64,000 nt of DNA from Eledone cirrhosa (lineage: Eukaryota): the NCBI GenBank assembly GCA_964016885.1, contig OZ024746.1, positions 43,462,001-43,526,000 on the forward strand. Reading direction: 5' to 3'. Position numbers and translations under genes: made by a program. Below, piece by piece: positions 29,126 through 48,463 of the stretch. The first letter of the stretch is position 1. Every line of letters starts with the position of its first letter. The notes under the pieces were generated by a model. It had not been told where the DNA came from. It made no database searches and worked only from the letters and a program-made list of their open reading frames with translations.

Positions 29126-31360
29126 ATTATATTTCTCCATTTAATAGACAACGACTCTTGTTTGTTTATTTATATCTTTACATCTTTATTTGCTGTATTA
29201 ATGCTCCTCCACGTATTCTACCTCTATACATCCATGTACTTTCTACTTCCCTTATTCGGACTTTTACTCGCGTGTACCCTCAGCACACGTCACTGGAATA
29301 TTTCCCCCTGGGAACATAAATACCGCAACCTGAACTATATTGTATTTCTCCTGTCTCTTGAACTCTACATTTACTAGACAACGACTATTGTTTGTTTATC
29401 TATATCTTCACATCTTTGTTTGCTGTATTAATGTCCTGATTTCTCCATCTTACTCCAACACCACTCTTGTTGGTTTATTTACATGTTTATACCTATATAT
29501 TGATATGTTCATATATTTATACCTCTGCTGTACCAATGTGCTCTTCCACGTATTCCACTTCTATGTATCCATGTATTTCTACTCCTCACATTGGGACCTG
29601 TACCCATTAGCTCTTCCACGTATTCCACTTCTATGTATCCATGTATTTCTACTCCTCACATTGGGACCTGTACCCATTAGCACACGACACTAGAATGTCT
29701 CCTCCTGAGAACAAAAATTAAACATTACACGACTATATCCCGTACTCTACATCCCACTAGGATAAATTACAGATCTACATAATACAATTAACGTTTCTTC
29801 ATAAAAGACTATTTAATTAAACCCCGCAACCCAAAACCTCATAGAAGTTATTTGAATGTCTAATCTTCAATTTTCTGTTTGTTCAATTCTCAATCCTCTT
29901 ACTCCTTAGTTTTATAATGTTATTCTGAATTCTTTCAACTTCATCCGATAGAGTTAAGCAAAATTCTAAAGTTCTAACTTTCTGTCGGACCGTTGGGTGG
30001 GTTTTAGCGGCGGCGCGACCAGCTCCCTGGTGAACGGGCTCACCTGGAGTGCTTGGAAAAATAAATTTCCCCTTCTTTCGGTAAATGAAAATACTCGGCG
30101 TGGCTTAATTAGCCATGGGGCCCGGGGCGCGGCCGGTGTTTTAACCGCCAAATAGTACCTTTAAATTACAGAACAATTCGGAAATATTAGATATATCAAC
30201 CTGAAACTGTTGAGCTTTAAATTTTCTAACCTCTTTAATATGGAATATTGATTATTAATTTATTAATTTATTAATTTTTTAACTTCATCCTATAAGTCTA
30301 AACATTGTAACACACTGACCCCCAATATATTCACCTCTGCTAAGATGCGAGTCCCTGTGAAAATTTTGTCGCGCCACTCCTGGCCTGACTGTGGTGTGAC
30401 ATTAATATCGACCTTCCTTCCTCTCTCTTTCTATCTTCCTTCTGGTAGCTATCAACCATTACTCTTTTACTTCTCTAAGCAAAATTTTAAAGTTCCAACT
30501 TTCTGTCGGACCGTTGGGTGGGTTTTAATGGCGCCGCGACCAGCTCCCTGGCGAACGAGCTCACCTGGAGTGCTTGGAAAAATAAATTTCCCCTTCTTTC
30601 AGTAAATGAAAATACTCGGCGTGGCTTAATTCGCCATGGGGCCCGGGGCGCGGCCGTTGTTTTAACCGCCAAATAGTAACTTTAAATTACAGAACAAATC
30701 GGAACTATTATATAATTAAATGTTAAACTGTTGAACTTTAAATTTTCTAACCTCTTTAATATTGAATATTGGTTATTAATTTTTTTAACTTCATCCTAGA
30801 AGTCTAAACACTGTAAAACACTGACTCCCAATATATTCACCTCCGCTAAGATGCGGGTCCCTGTGAAAATTTTCTCGCGCCACTCCTGGCTTGACTGTGG
30901 TCTGACATTAATATCGACCTTTCTTCCTCTTTCTTTCTATCTTCCTTCTTGCAGCCATCAACCCTTACTTTTCTACTTCTCTCTTCCCTTCCTTCTCTCC
31001 TCCCCTCCTCCCGCAGACTTATCTTCCTTCCTCCTCTTGCTTGCCTATATCTGACCAGTAGTAGTTGCCTTCCTCTTTTAGCTGACATTAACCCTGACTT
31101 CTCTTCTTCTTTCTTCCCCCTTCTTCTCCTTCCTTTCTTTCTTTCTTTTACCTTGTGTCATGGGATCGACGTTAACCTATGCTCCCATCCCTTTCTGTTT
31201 TCGTTCATCTGACCGGTAGTAGCATAGTATAAAATTTAGCCACGTCACTCCAGGGCGACCGGCTGAGGTTGAAGGAACAGAATAGCGGTCGCCCTCGGGT
31301 CTCGATTTTCAGCCCCATGGATTTTACCTATTACATTCACGTATTATCATTTCATTATTA

Positions 31361-31391
<31 letters not shown>

Positions 31392-31404
31392 GTATGTATA
31401 TATA

Positions 31405-33655
<2,251 letters not shown>

Positions 33656-34289
33656 CATATATAGTTTTAATATAGATGAGATTCTACAGGACTAGAACTA
33701 TTTCATTCATTAGAAATCATCAGGCATCTGGGTATCAAAAAATAAAAATGGTATTTATAGGTCTCTACAAGTGGTAGGAGAGGGTGGGGAGTGGGATGGG
33801 TGTAGGCCATTGGTTGATAGAAAAGGGAATTCATTAAAAGCTAATTCTACAAAGCTATAGTTTATTTTTATTTATTTATGTTTTTAGAGTAACAAGGGCA
33901 GACAGAATTCTATAAACAGGTTCCGGATGGCATACCATTCCTTGTCATTAAGTTTCTCTTAAGCTAACAGATGTCTATAAAATCAGTGGGGGGTCAGTCA
34001 TGGTCAATAGAATTAAAGAAAAGGGAGATTCTTTAAAAGCTAAAATCATTAAGGTTCTACTAAGTGACAAAGGTCTAGAGAATTCTGTAGACAGATTCAA
34101 AATACTGAGTGCATATCTTACAATTATCTTGGAACATCTCTTAAACTAATCAACTATATGCCAAAAATCAACAGACACATTCACAAAAAAACATACTCAC
34201 TCACACACTTACGCGCAACCATAAACACACACACAAACACATATACACACATATATAAAATATATTCATATACATACATATACATACAC

Positions 34290-34346
<57 letters not shown>

Positions 34347-34818
34347 TATACACACACATATATATATACATACACACACACATACACATATATACACACA
34401 CACACACATATATACACATAAATACACTCACACACATACATACAAACACAAATATACATGTGTACACATATACACACAAATACATATAGATACATATGCA
34501 TATATATACACAGATATATATATACACACACATATATATAAAAATATATATAAAAATATATATATATATATATATATACACATACATATACATACATACA
34601 GATACATATACACACACATATGTATACATATATATATATACATACACATATATACATACACACAGATACATATATATATATATATAAAAAACACATACAC
34701 ACACAAATATACATATTCACACACATACACACAAACACACACACACATATATATACATATACATATATATATATATATTCATATATATAACCATATACAT
34801 ATATACATATATACATAC

Positions 34819-34851
<33 letters not shown>

Positions 34852-34958
34852 CACATAAACAAATATATACACCTACAAACACACACACATACAAACACAC
34901 ATACAAACATACATATACACATATATACATAAACATATATATATACACATATATACAC

Positions 34959-35007
<49 letters not shown>

Positions 35008-35081
35008 ATACATACATACATATATATATATATACACACATACACACACATACACACACATATATACACATACATACACAC

Positions 35082-35124
<43 letters not shown>

Positions 35125-35212
35125 CATATACACACACATATATATACACGCACACACATATACACATATATATACACACACACACACATACACATGCATA
35201 TGTATAAATATT

Positions 35213-35256
<44 letters not shown>

Positions 35257-35348
35257 CATACATATACAAATATACACATACATACACAGACCTATACATA
35301 AATATACACATATATATACAGACATATAACGCATATATACACACATGT

Positions 35349-35437
<89 letters not shown>

Positions 35438-35488
35438 CACGCATACACACACACAAAAATATATACACACTCTCTATCACGCACATAT

Positions 35489-35548
<60 letters not shown>

Positions 35549-35559
35549 TCATATATATT

Positions 35560-36072
35560 GCCAACCACAATTCTAAATTAAATAAGACAACCACCTCCGA
35601 AACCAATCCCCGGACTGGGGCTCTATGTAATTGCCTAAATAAGGAAGCATGCCCACTTGAAAACAAATGCCTCACAAATGACATCGTATACAAATGCGAT
35701 GTCATCTCAGGCACCGAGGATTGCAAAAAAACTTACATCGGCATGACCTCCAACAACTTTAAGACACGTTGGTATGCCCATACCCACTCCTTCAGAAGAC
35801 CGGATAAATCAAATCAGACAACACTCGCCTCCTACGTTTGGGACCTCAAAAGGAACTCCACCCCCTTCACGCTTAAATGGAAAATACTCCAGAAAGCGCG
35901 CTCTTACAACGGAGGACACAAGGGCTGCGACCTTTGTATTTCAGAGAGCTACGAAATTTTATTCGCCAAGGGCCCGCTACTGAACAAATTCTCTGAACAC
36001 TGCCCGAACTGCATGCACAAGAACTTTGCAACTTTCAAACACTTTAAGCCAGTGTTAAAGCCCGATGACTAA
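35560..36072 (+). pseudogene. PLE GIY-YIG endonuclease C-terminal fragment (same type as the 49.2-49.7 kb domain)
   Basis: [66 protein letters not shown]. Confidence 0.8.
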
Positions 36073-36551
36073 AAACGACCTCCCCCTATTGGCCCCTATA
36101 CCTCCTCCCCACCCTACCCCCACCCCTCCTCAACCTGAAATACGGCCACTATGGTTATGTGAGTACCTCTTTCGTATCTACATTTTCTGCCTGTAGAGGT
36201 GTCTTTATGTGCCTGCGTATATGCGTATATTTATTGAGTACCTATTTATTTGTATGTGTGTATATGTATGTGTATGTGTATATATATATATATATATATG
36301 TTTGTGTGTATATGTGTTTTATGTGTGTATATTTATGTATGTATATGTATGTATATATGTGTATATATATATGTATATATATATATATATATGTGTATAT
36401 ATATGTGTATGTATGTGTATGTATGTATGTATGTATGTATGTATGTATGTATGTGTATGTATGTATGTATGTATGTTTATGTATGTATGTGTGTGTATAT
36501 GTATGTGTATATGTATATATATATATATATGTGTGTGTGTGTATGTGTGTA

Positions 36552-36595
<44 letters not shown>

Positions 36596-36733
36596 GTTGT
36601 GTGGGCAGGTGTGTACATATATATATATGTGTGTGTGTATGTGTATGTGTATGTGTGTGTATATATGTATGTATATATATATATATATATATATACACAT
36701 GTGTGTGTGTATGTGTATGTGTGTGTATATATG

Positions 36734-36768
<35 letters not shown>

Positions 36769-36774
36769 TGCTAG

Positions 36775-36951
36775 CATAAACCTCTTCAAATGAAGTCGAT
36801 GTTTATTACGGTATGTCGAATATATCTATCTATAAAACTGTTTATATTGTATTTTGTCTGATGAAGGCATAGCATATTGTTAATATGATATCCCCGATAT
36901 ATATAATGAAATAGATATGGTTTTATAAATATAGTTTTCCATTTATTTAAT

Positions 36952-36956
<5 letters not shown>
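36775..36956 (+). mobile_element. PLE family A terminal fragment, HHR lacking GAAA
   Basis: Homologous to 1250-1428. Confidence 0.65.
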
Positions 36957-36996
<40 letters not shown>

Positions 36997-37021
36997 ATAT
37001 GTGTATATATGTGTATATGTA

Positions 37022-37083
<62 letters not shown>

Positions 37084-37136
37084 CGTGAGAGAGAGTGTGT
37101 ATATATTTTTGTGTGTGTGTGTGTGTGTGTGTATGC

Positions 37137-37175
<39 letters not shown>

Positions 37176-37304
37176 TATATATATATATATGTATATATGT
37201 GTGTATATATGCGTTATATGTCTGTATATATATGTGTATATTTATGTATAGGTCTGTGTATGTATGTGTATATTTGTATATGTATGGATGTATATATATA
37301 TATA

Positions 37305-37825
37305 TTACGCTGGTATGGACATGTGATGCGTATGAAGGATGACAGCTGCATAAAAAGGTGCAGAGCACTAGAAGTTGATGGAAACCGCGGAGTGGGGAGA
37401 CCCAAGATGACTTGGGATGAGGTGATAAAAGCCGACCTTACCCAACTACACCTCTCAAAGTCAATGACACACGACCGTGACTTCTGGCGTCACGCAGTAA
37501 TACAGGGTACCCGACCTCCCATGGGTACATGCTGAAGCATATAAACAATATGCCCCCCCCCCCCACCGCAAGGTGGACGTGGAGGTGCCACGGCAAAAAA
37601 GCACCCAGCCCACACTGTAAAGTGGACGTGTAGGCGCCACGAAAAAGCACCCAGCACTCACTGTAAATGAGGTTGGTGTTAGGAAGGGCATCCAGCTGTA
37701 GAAATCAAGCCAGATCAGTTCCTGTATGAGCAAGGCATGGTCAGCCGACCAGACACTGCCCACAACAGGACAACCCGTCTAACCCATGCTAGCGTGGAAG
37801 AACGGACGTAAAACGGTGATGATGA
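37305..37825 (+). mobile_element. RTE LINE 3' fragment inserted into the right arm of family H
   Basis: [17 protein letters not shown]..; (GAT)n tail; absent from the mirrored left arm. Confidence 0.85.
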
Positions 37826-37921
37826 TATATAAATATTTATACATATGCATGTGTATGTGTGTGTGTGTGTATATATATGTGTATATGTGTGTGCGTGTAT
37901 ATATATGTGTGTGTGTATATG

Positions 37922-38016
<95 letters not shown>

Positions 38017-38117
38017 GTGTATATATGTGTATATATATATGTTTATGTATATATGTGTATATGTATGTTTGTATGTGTGTTTGTATGTGTGTGTGTTTGT
38101 AGGTGTATATATTTGTT

Positions 38118-38155
<38 letters not shown>

Positions 38156-39102
38156 CGTGTATGTATATATGTATATATGTATATGGTTATATATATGAAT
38201 ATATATATATATATATGTATATGTATATATATGTGTGTGTGTGTTTGTGTGTATGTGTGTGAATATGTATATTTGTGTGTGTATGTGTTTTTTTATATAT
38301 ATATATATATATGTATCTGTGTGTATGTATATATGTGTATGTATATATATATATGTATACATATGTGTGTGTATATGTATCTGTATGTATGTATGTGTGT
38401 ACGTATATGTATGTATATGAATATATTTTATATATGTGTGTGTGTTTTTATGTGTGTATATGTGTTTGTGTGTGTGTTTATGGTTGCGCGTAAGTGGGTG
38501 AGTGAGTATGTTTTTTTGTGAATGTGTCTGTTGATTTTTGGCATATAGTTGATTAGTTTAAGAGAAGTTCGAAGATAAATGTAAGATATGCACTCAGTAT
38601 TTTGAATCTGTCTACAGAATTCTCTAGACCTTTGTCACTTAGTAGAACCTTAATGATTTTAGCTTTTAAAGAATCTCCCTTTTCTTTAATTCTATTGACC
38701 ATGACTGACCCCCCACTGATTTTATAGACATCTGTTAGCTTAAGAGAAATTTAATGAAAAGGAATGGTATGCCATCCAGAACCTGTTTATAGAATTCTGT
38801 CTGCCCTTGTTACTCTAAAAACATAGATAAATAAAAATAAACTATAGCTTTGTAGAATTAGCTTTTAATGAATTCCCTTTCCTATCAACCAATGACCTAC
38901 ATCCATCCCACTCCCCACCCTCTCCTACCACTTGTAGAGACCTATAAATACCATTTTTATTTTTTGATACCCAGATTCATGATGATTTCTAATGAATGAA
39001 ACAGTTCTAGTCCTGTAAAACTTTTATACTCTGCTATGTATTGAGTACCTTACTTACTGTGGTTACCTCCGATTCAACCCGGAATAACATATATACATAT
39101 AT

Positions 39103-39162
<60 letters not shown>

Positions 39163-39210
39163 CTTTCTGCACTCCATAGAGGTTGTATATGTATATATAT
39201 ATATATATAC

Positions 39211-39301
<91 letters not shown>

Positions 39302-39337
39302 TATACATATATATATATATATATACATATATATACA

Positions 39338-39369
<32 letters not shown>

Positions 39370-39370
39370 C

Positions 39371-39417
<47 letters not shown>

Positions 39418-39418
39418 C

Positions 39419-39465
<47 letters not shown>

Positions 39466-39466
39466 C

Positions 39467-39515
<49 letters not shown>

Positions 39516-39516
39516 C

Positions 39517-39675
<159 letters not shown>

Positions 39676-39694
39676 CATATTTATATATATATAC

Positions 39695-39776
<82 letters not shown>

Positions 39777-39779
39777 TCA

Positions 39780-39811
<32 letters not shown>

Positions 39812-39883
39812 CATATATATATATATACATATATCTATATATATATATACATATATATATATACATATATATATACACATATA

Positions 39884-40071
<188 letters not shown>

Positions 40072-40110
40072 CATATGTATATATATATATATATATATAC
40101 ATATATATAC

Positions 40111-40145
<35 letters not shown>

Positions 40146-40156
40146 CATATATATAC

Positions 40157-40227
<71 letters not shown>

Positions 40228-40228
40228 C

Positions 40229-40773
<545 letters not shown>

Positions 40774-40774
40774 C

Positions 40775-41043
<269 letters not shown>

Positions 41044-41047
41044 CATA

Positions 41048-41087
<40 letters not shown>

Positions 41088-41114
41088 CATACATATAGAT
41101 ATATATATACATAC

Positions 41115-41149
<35 letters not shown>

Positions 41150-41172
41150 CATACATATATATATATATATAT

Positions 41173-41217
<45 letters not shown>

Positions 41218-41232
41218 CATATATATATATAT

Positions 41233-41275
<43 letters not shown>

Positions 41276-41276
41276 C

Positions 41277-41307
<31 letters not shown>

Positions 41308-41371
41308 CATACATATATATACATATATATATATATACATACATATATATATATATATATATACATACATA

Positions 41372-41407
<36 letters not shown>

Positions 41408-41416
41408 CATATATAC

Positions 41417-41568
<152 letters not shown>

Positions 41569-41647
41569 GCATATATATATATACATACATATATATATAT
41601 ATACATATATATGTATATATGTATATATATATATATACATATATATG

Positions 41648-41686
<39 letters not shown>

Positions 41687-41703
41687 TTATATAGGTATAT
41701 ATG

Positions 41704-41773
<70 letters not shown>

Positions 41774-41823
41774 GGTATATATGTATATATATATAGGTAT
41801 ATATGTATATATATATATATGTA

Positions 41824-41855
<32 letters not shown>

Positions 41856-41881
41856 GGTATATATGTATATATATATATGTA

Positions 41882-41923
<42 letters not shown>

Positions 41924-42001
41924 TATATATGTATATATATATATGTATAATTGTATATATATATATATGTATATATGTATATATATATATGTATATATGT
42001 A

Positions 42002-42107
<106 letters not shown>

Positions 42108-42189
42108 TATATATATATATATACACAGATATATATATATATATACATATATATATGTATATTTACATGTATATATATATATGTATATA

Positions 42190-42258
<69 letters not shown>

Positions 42259-42283
42259 ATATATATATATATATACGTATATA

Positions 42284-42343
<60 letters not shown>

Positions 42344-42375
42344 TATATATATATATACATATATATATACACACA

Positions 42376-42411
<36 letters not shown>

Positions 42412-42462
42412 CACACACATATATATATATATATACATGTATATATATATATGTATATATGT

Positions 42463-42519
<57 letters not shown>

Positions 42520-42542
42520 CACACACATATATATATATATAC

Positions 42543-42592
<50 letters not shown>

Positions 42593-42604
42593 ATATATAC
42601 ACAC

Positions 42605-42637
<33 letters not shown>

Positions 42638-42660
42638 TATATATATATATACACATATAC

Positions 42661-42693
<33 letters not shown>

Positions 42694-42707
42694 CATATAT
42701 ATATATA

Positions 42708-43085
42708 TTGTTATACTTTGGGAGGGTCATGTTGCCAATAAGAAACACACGCACCAGTTGCTTTCACTTCAATTTATTATATATTTATAAATTTATAAAT
42801 TTACAAACTTATAAATTTCTGGTTGGTTGGTTGGTCCCACAACCAGATAGTTGTTTATATATAGTCATAGTCCTTTCGTCACACACTCTGTGACCTCTTC
42901 AGTGACTGGGGATTCCTTTCCTTTGTTTCTGTGCCTTTCCTTTCTTCTATCCTACGCCATTTTGTTTCTGTGTGTGTGTTGCGTGCTCAGTTTGCGCATG
43001 CGCCACATCCGGGTGTCTGTGTGTGTTTGTGTTCATTTATCTATTTGTTTATTTATTTATTTATTTATTTATTGTTGGTTTATTA
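42708..43085 (-). mobile_element. PLE family B solo terminal repeat with HHR (42863-42907)
   Basis: Homologous to 2995-3340; AGTCA-CTGAAGA-G-GTCACA gagtg TGTGAC-GAAA-GGAC-TA-TGACT. Confidence 0.8.
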
Positions 43086-43122
43086 TACATATATACATAT
43101 ACATATATACATATATATATAC

Positions 43123-43344
<222 letters not shown>

Positions 43345-46300
43345 GTAGGTATATACGGACCTGAAAGAAAATGATATACCCTCCGCCACAGGCAGGGAGG
43401 GCAGGCCGGGCAACCAACAAGCTAAGGGCAAAGGTGAAAAGCGAAATCACCTTCCGAAGGAGAACCAAGCGCAGAGGGACCAGTGGACAACTGTTCAAAG
43501 GAAGAACAGAAAGCACCAAGACACTGGGAGCAAAAAAACCCAAGTAATGTGCAAGTTTGTCAAGAACTAGACATGCTGGCATGGAGAGACAGGGATGGGA
43601 TGCAGATTCGCCCACCCTAGGTCTCAAACGAACTATGCCCATCCTACTCGCTCAACATGCCCCAGCCAAAGCCGAAATAAGCCGCTCCAGAAGTATGCTG
43701 ATGTCGCGCGTGCCGCACCAACAAGGAGAAGGCACGCACATGCCGACGAGATACAGATGGCAGCAGCAGAGCAGAAAAATTTTTTAGTGATGGCAGAGAA
43801 GATTGTGGGACAGCTGACCTGGCTGCATCATCTCCAGGGCCAGGGTCATCCACACCAGCACTCGAGACCACCGCAGTTAAGGGACCCAGAGTGGCCGCCG
43901 CTGACACCAGACCAGGTGTCATACCGACAGCCATTACTGGCACCCCAAAAGTCACACCAGTGCTGCTGCTGAATGTCAGGGGCCTGGTGAAACTCAGTAA
44001 CATGAGTAAAATTTCCTACCTGGGAGACTTAGCCATAAGCAATCAAGCACTATGCATGGCACTAACCGAAACGCACCTGACAAGCAGTATAGCAGATGCA
44101 GAAATACATATACCGAAATATACTGTATTTCGTTCGGACAGGAAGGAGAGAACTCATGGTGGGGTTGCTCTGTATATCCGTGAAGTTGTCACACCAATTG
44201 TACTGTTGACACATTCAAACTCAGTCTGTGACACACTGATAATACATATGAAGCAACTACAGACAGTAATATGTGTCACATATCGGCCGCCCGATGCCCC
44301 CAGTCATGAGGGTAAATTTGAGGATAGCCTAAGTAGGATAGAAGAGGTCCTTGACAAACCGGACCAGGGTCTCAACATCCTACTGCTGGGAGACTTCAAC
44401 CTACCAAAGGTGAAATGGCCTGAGGGCCACCTCCTCCCTGGAATGACGTCAATAGAACAGAGACAGATGGAATCCCTGCTGGCCTTCACACACAGGCTGT
44501 TCATGGAGCAAGCAATACTCCTCCCAACAAGAGGCGAAAATGTCCTGGACCTCTGTTTTACAAACAACGAAGTGCTCATCCACAATGTAAAGGTGACACC
44601 AACAATTCTCTCTACTTAGTAGAGCTAATGATATGTGGTCCAAGAGAACCAACAGAGACAAAACCACCAAGAAGCTCCGGGATGCTATCCAGCCTTAACT
44701 TCTACAAGGCTAACTGGAAAAAGATTAAGAGTGAAATCCGGAAGCAAACATGGAGTGAAAACACCGCCACACAAGACACTAACACACAATTTCAACACTT
44801 CATGACAACGATACACACTATATGCAAAAAGTTTGTCCCGGAGAAAGAGGCAAACAGACACAAAAATCTTATTCCCAGAGATAGGAAAATCCTTATGAGA
44901 CGTAGAACTAAACTCTCAAACCAGTTGAATAGTCAACAAAACAAAAACAAGAAGGAATCCTATTTGAAACGTGCACTACTTGACACCGAGATTGCACTCA
45001 AACTTTCACATGAGAATGAGAGGGCAAAGAAAGAGAACAGGGCCATAGAAAACATTAAAACAAACCCTAAGGCCTTCTTTAAATTTGCAAAAGAAACTGC
45101 CTCAGTACACTGCAAGATTGGGCCACTCTTCCACACGGACGGTTCATTAACCGAAAACCCCCAAGAGATATGTGAAATACTGAACGAACAGTACAAAAGT
45201 GTGTTCACATGTCCACTGAGGCACATGCAAATAACGAAGCCAGAGGAGTTCTTTGATGCCACAACACTACATCAAGAAATGGCAACCATCAACCACATAG
45301 ACATAACGGAGGAGGATGTGGTGTACGCCATTGGTGAAATTAGAACAGACTCGGCTGCTGGACCTGATGGATTCCCAGCAGTTCTCTTAAAAATATGTAA
45401 GCGGGCCTTAGCAACTCCACTGAAGATGCTCTTCAGAAGCTCCTTGGCTAGCAGTGTACTACCCAGGGAGCTGAAAGAAGGCACAATATGCCCTATCCAT
45501 AAAGGAGGTAGTAGAGCGGAGGCCAAGAACTATAGGCCAGTCTCATATCAGTAAGGTCATGGAGCGAGTCGTCAGAAAGAAACTAATCACTTTCCTCGAA
45601 GAAAATGACCGCCTGACTAGCACGCAACATGGCTTCCGCCTAGGAAGAAGCTGCCTTACACAGCTGCTACATCACTACGACTGGGTACTGAGACAACTAC
45701 TAGACAGCTCACATGTGGACGTGATATATCTTGACTTTGCGAAGGCCTTTGACAAGGTCGACCACGTAATGATATGTCACAAACTACACGGACTCGGCAT
45801 AACTGGAAAAGTAGGTGAGTGGCTGCATGGCTTCCTAAGAGACAGAAGCCAGGCAGTCGCAGCAAATGGGGCCCTCTCGAGGGAAACACCGATAACAAGT
45901 GGGGTGCCCCAGGGGACAGTCCTGGGACCACTACTGTTTTTGGTGGCATTCTCGGACATGCCCTCTGTGGTGCATGCAACAACATCCCTCACTAGCTATG
46001 CTGATGACACTAAGGTAGCACAGGCAATCAAAAACCCGGCTGACGCTGCCCTTTTACAGCAGGATCTGGATGCCATATACAGATGGGCGGAAGAAAACAA
46101 CATGCAGTTTAATGCTGGCAAATTCCAAGCCCTACAATACAAACCTGCAAACACAAATATAGTGGAACACAGCTACACATGACCACGAGGGACCGATATC
46201 CCCGTGTCAAAATTGATATGAGACCTCGGCATAGAGATGAGCGATGATGCATCTTTCTCTTCACACATCATGAAAGTGGCGACAATGTGCAGACGACTCG

Positions 46301-46986
46301 CTGGCTGGATCTTGAGGACTTTTCGGACAAGAGATAGAGACACCATGCTGACACTGTGGAGGACTTTTGTCCTAAGCCGCCTGGACTACTGCTCCCAGTT
46401 GTGGTCACCCCATAGTGTCAAACTAACCACGGAGCTTGAGGCAATCCAGCGAAGCTACACCAAGAGGATTGCCAAGATGAGGGAGACAAGCTACTGGGAG
46501 AAGCTAAAGGAACTGAACCTCTACTCCTTGGAGCGAAGACGGGAGAGATATGCAATGATCTACATGTGGAAAATCCTGGAGGGACTAGCACCAAACTTTG
46601 GCATTGGGAGCTGGACCAACCGTCGAATAGGACATCACTGTGTGGTGCCAAAGGTCCAGTCTTCCACATCTAGAATAAGGAGCAGGTATTGCAATAGCCT
46701 GGGATTCAAGGGCCCTCAACTCTTCAACAGGCTGCCGAGGCATCTGAGAGACTTGCATGACGTGGAGGTGGATGTCTTTAAGAAACATCTCGACACCTTG
46801 TTATCCAGGATCCCGGATGAGCCCACAGCAAGACACGAGGGAAACCTAAGGGCAGCAGCAACAAACTCCCTCTTACACCAGTGGCCAACCTATACAGGCT
46901 GGAGATAAAATGTGTAGCAACAAGGGCGGTGCCCCAGCATGGGCTCAGCCGGATGGCTGAAACAGGTAAAAGAGTAAAAGAGTAAA

Positions 46987-46988
<2 letters not shown>
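43345..46988 (+). mobile_element. CR1-group LINE, near full ORF2 (APE + RT) plus ORF1 remnant, decayed
   Basis: APE motifs NVRGL, LTETHL, GGVALYI, YRPP, GDFNLP, PTRGENVLDL; RT as in the 11546 copy; disruptions near 44619, 45550, 46180; (GTAAAAGA)n tail. Confidence 0.9.
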
Positions 46989-47023
<35 letters not shown>

Positions 47024-47085
47024 TATATATATATATATATATATGCATATATATATATATATATATGCATATATATATATATATA

Positions 47086-47125
<40 letters not shown>

Positions 47126-47163
47126 TATATATATATATATATGCATATATATATATATATATA

Positions 47164-47229
<66 letters not shown>

Positions 47230-47357
47230 AAAGTTCTATTTAAAATTGTTGGGATACAACAAGTAAATATTTTTATAACTGATATAAAGCACTCGACAAG
47301 TTTTTGGAGTAGATATACGATATTAATAAATGGAAACTATATTTATAAAACCATATT

Positions 47358-47422
47358 TATTTCATTATACATATTTCAGGGATACCACATTAAATTATGG
47401 TATGCCTTCATCAGACAAAATA
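47358..47422 (-). ncRNA. Minimal hammerhead ribozyme (family A), 3' pLTR
   Basis: Reverse complement of 19733-19797. Confidence 0.8.
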
Positions 47423-48463
47423 CAATATATAACAGTTTTACAAATAGCTTTGACGTACCCTTTTAAAATACAACCATTACTTTTGGAGGCTGTCTGGATA
47501 GTGATTTGTTTATATTATTTTAATAAGTTATAGTGTTAAGCACATTTAGAAAAAGACGGAGAGAAAGAAAAAAGAAAAAAAAAGAAAAAGACGGAGAGAG
47601 AGAAAGAAAACCTGGAGAAATATCGGAGAGAGAAACGTATGGAGAAAAGAAAGAGATAAATAAAGATAGGAGGAAATAAAAAGAAAGAAAAAAGGAAGAA
47701 ATAATAAAAACAAAGGAAAGCAACAGAGAGATAACAAGTCATCATACAGATAGAAAAACTCAAGAGAGAGAAATACTATACAGAGAGAGGGGGAGACAAT
47801 GAAAACTTTACGTCATGTCATATTAAGTTGAGTTAACAATTTATATGAAATGAATAATAAAAATATAAATATCAATATTCATGAATGGGACATAGATATA
47901 TAACATGAGAAATTAAACATTGTTCAATAATGACTATATGTTTAGTTTAAAAACTTGAGATCAACATACCGAAATCTGAGTTAAATCGTTCAAAATGTAC
48001 CCTTGCTATAGAGATCAGTATCTTATTCAAAGACATACAAATATATATGTATATATATATATATATAGACATACGCACGTCCTGAAAATAGAAATTATGT
48101 TTACTCAAGCCAACCAATAATATAGCCATACAAAACGTAAATGATTTCTCTTAATCACTGCTATACATTCCTTGTGTTATAAAATGTTCACAGTATATAT
48201 ACATAAATATATACGATTAATATTCATGTCCTCATATATACGATTATCATTCATGTATTTAATATTATGCATATCTGCAATATACCTCTCACCCACATAG
48301 ATATATATACATATATACACATACATATGTATAAATAAATATTTGTGTGCGTCCTCCCGCATCGCTCATGTATATATACAGACATATTTACAAACACAAA
48401 AAGCCTATAACACTGTATATGCATGTTAATACACACATATGTATTTGTATAGAGATAATTAAA

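Larger units (their letters stand above)
27447..31358 (+). mobile_element. Non-coding tandemly duplicated element (family E), probably a PLE 3' region or non-autonomous PLE
   Basis: 27447-28357 repeats at ~30437-31347 (period ~2990); additional ~520-bp internal duplication from ~29955; contains an HHR; flanked by TA. Confidence 0.6.
33665..39030 (+). mobile_element. PLE 3' fragment (family H) with ~1.8-kb inverted 5' copy
   Basis: 33680-35500 is the reverse complement of ~37000-39020 (excluding later inserts), surrounding a GIY-YIG fragment. Confidence 0.75.

Noticed and set aside
33685-33735. Family-H hammerhead (CTGATGA..GAAA; counterpart at ~38970-39015)
   Set aside because: Core and a short helix II are visible but no convincing helix I or cleavage site; not listed as a feature
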